From Halomicrobium mukohataei DSM 12286 (GTDB lineage: Archaea > Halobacteriota > Halobacteria > Halobacteriales > Haloarculaceae): a stretch of DNA of 32,000 bases. The notes beneath the pieces were generated by a model. That model worked only from the letters and a program-made list of their open reading frames with translations. It was not told the DNA's origin and did not search any database. The position numbers and the translations under genes are program-made. The stretch covers positions 90,001-122,000 of the forward strand of contig NC_013202.1 in assembly GCF_000023965.1 (NCBI RefSeq). The letters are read 5' to 3'. Below, in pieces: positions 31,728 through 32,000 of this stretch. Each line of letters begins with the position of its first letter. Within the stretch, counting starts at the first letter, position 1.

Positions 31728-32000
31728 ATGGCAGATGGCGACCGCATCGCGGCGACGAAGACGGCCTTCGAACTGCTGGACGTGGTCTACCGGTCCGGCG
31801 GCGCTTCGGCCGCGGAGTTGATGGACGCGACCGGGCTCTCTCGGGGGGGCGTCTACAAACACCTGCGCACGCTCGTCGAGGTCGGCGCGCTGGCGAATCG
31901 CGACGGCGTCTACGAGCTGGGGCCGACGGTCGCCGAGTACGGAGTGGCGGCGAGCGCTTCCCACGCGGTCCTCGACCAGACCGACGCGGTCGATCGGCTG
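31728..32000 (+). CDS. IclR family transcriptional regulator, N-terminal part only (runs off the window)
   Basis: Not in the ORF track because there is no stop in the window. ATG 31728 opens MADGDRIAATKTAFELLDVVYRSGGASAAELMDATGLSRGGVYKHLRTLVEVGALANRDGVYELGP, an IclR-type winged HTH. An ACTTATCC box lies 28 nt upstream. Confidence 0.8.
   Translation, partial: MADGDRIAATKTAFELLDVVYRSGGASAAELMDATGLSRGGVYKHLRTLVEVGALANRDGVYELGPTVAEYGVAASASHAVLDQTDAVDRL

Overview
GC-rich segment (about two-thirds G+C by eye). It has strongly acidic predicted proteins, a Tat/lipobox signal peptide, frequent GTG starts and 4-nt start/stop overlaps. TATA-like boxes sit about 27 nt upstream of start codons, implying leaderless transcripts. 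Together these indicate a haloarchaeon (class Halobacteria); no finer assignment is possible from the sequence. I call 35 protein-coding genes, two cut by the window edges and one weak. I found no rRNA, tRNA, CRISPR array, transposase or integrase. Left to right: (1) 1-6038 holds an exported protein, a small zinc-ribbon protein, and a convergent MoxR AAA+ / DUF58 / DUF4350 membrane module with three uncharacterised membrane partners. (2) 6129-10301 holds a membrane metal-dependent hydrolase and a sugar-acid-type cluster: SelA-fold PLP enzyme, DgoD-like enolase-superfamily dehydratase, IclR regulator. (3) An 80-bp perfect-armed palindrome lies at 10301-10380, followed by about 760 bp of apparently non-coding DNA carrying decayed copies of the palindrome arm. 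(4) 11143-14271 holds a mutarotase-fold protein, a SAM methyltransferase and an aldo/keto reductase. (5) 14563-18737 holds a second DUF4129 / DUF58 / membrane-protein operon that has no ATPase of its own. (6) 18932-28160 holds an NSS/SNF sodium symporter, then a five-gene Dpp/Opp-type ABC importer operon with an inositol-monophosphatase-family gene coupled to its 3' end. (7) 28264-29702 holds an acidic conserved protein and a metallophosphoesterase. (8) A second 80-bp copy of the palindrome lies at 29713-29792. (9) 29792-32000 holds an RdfA-like zinc-ribbon protein and a second DgoD-like plus IclR pair. The best candidate for an uncharacterised multi-gene system is the two-part MoxR/DUF58/DUF4350/DUF4129 envelope module. 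The most unusual DNA-level signal is the stop-codon-abutting 80-bp palindrome family that brackets 19.3 kb between two paralogous dgoD-iclR pairs. Both DgoD-like paralogs also lack the canonical general-base histidine. All calls rest on reading motifs by eye; no database search was possible.
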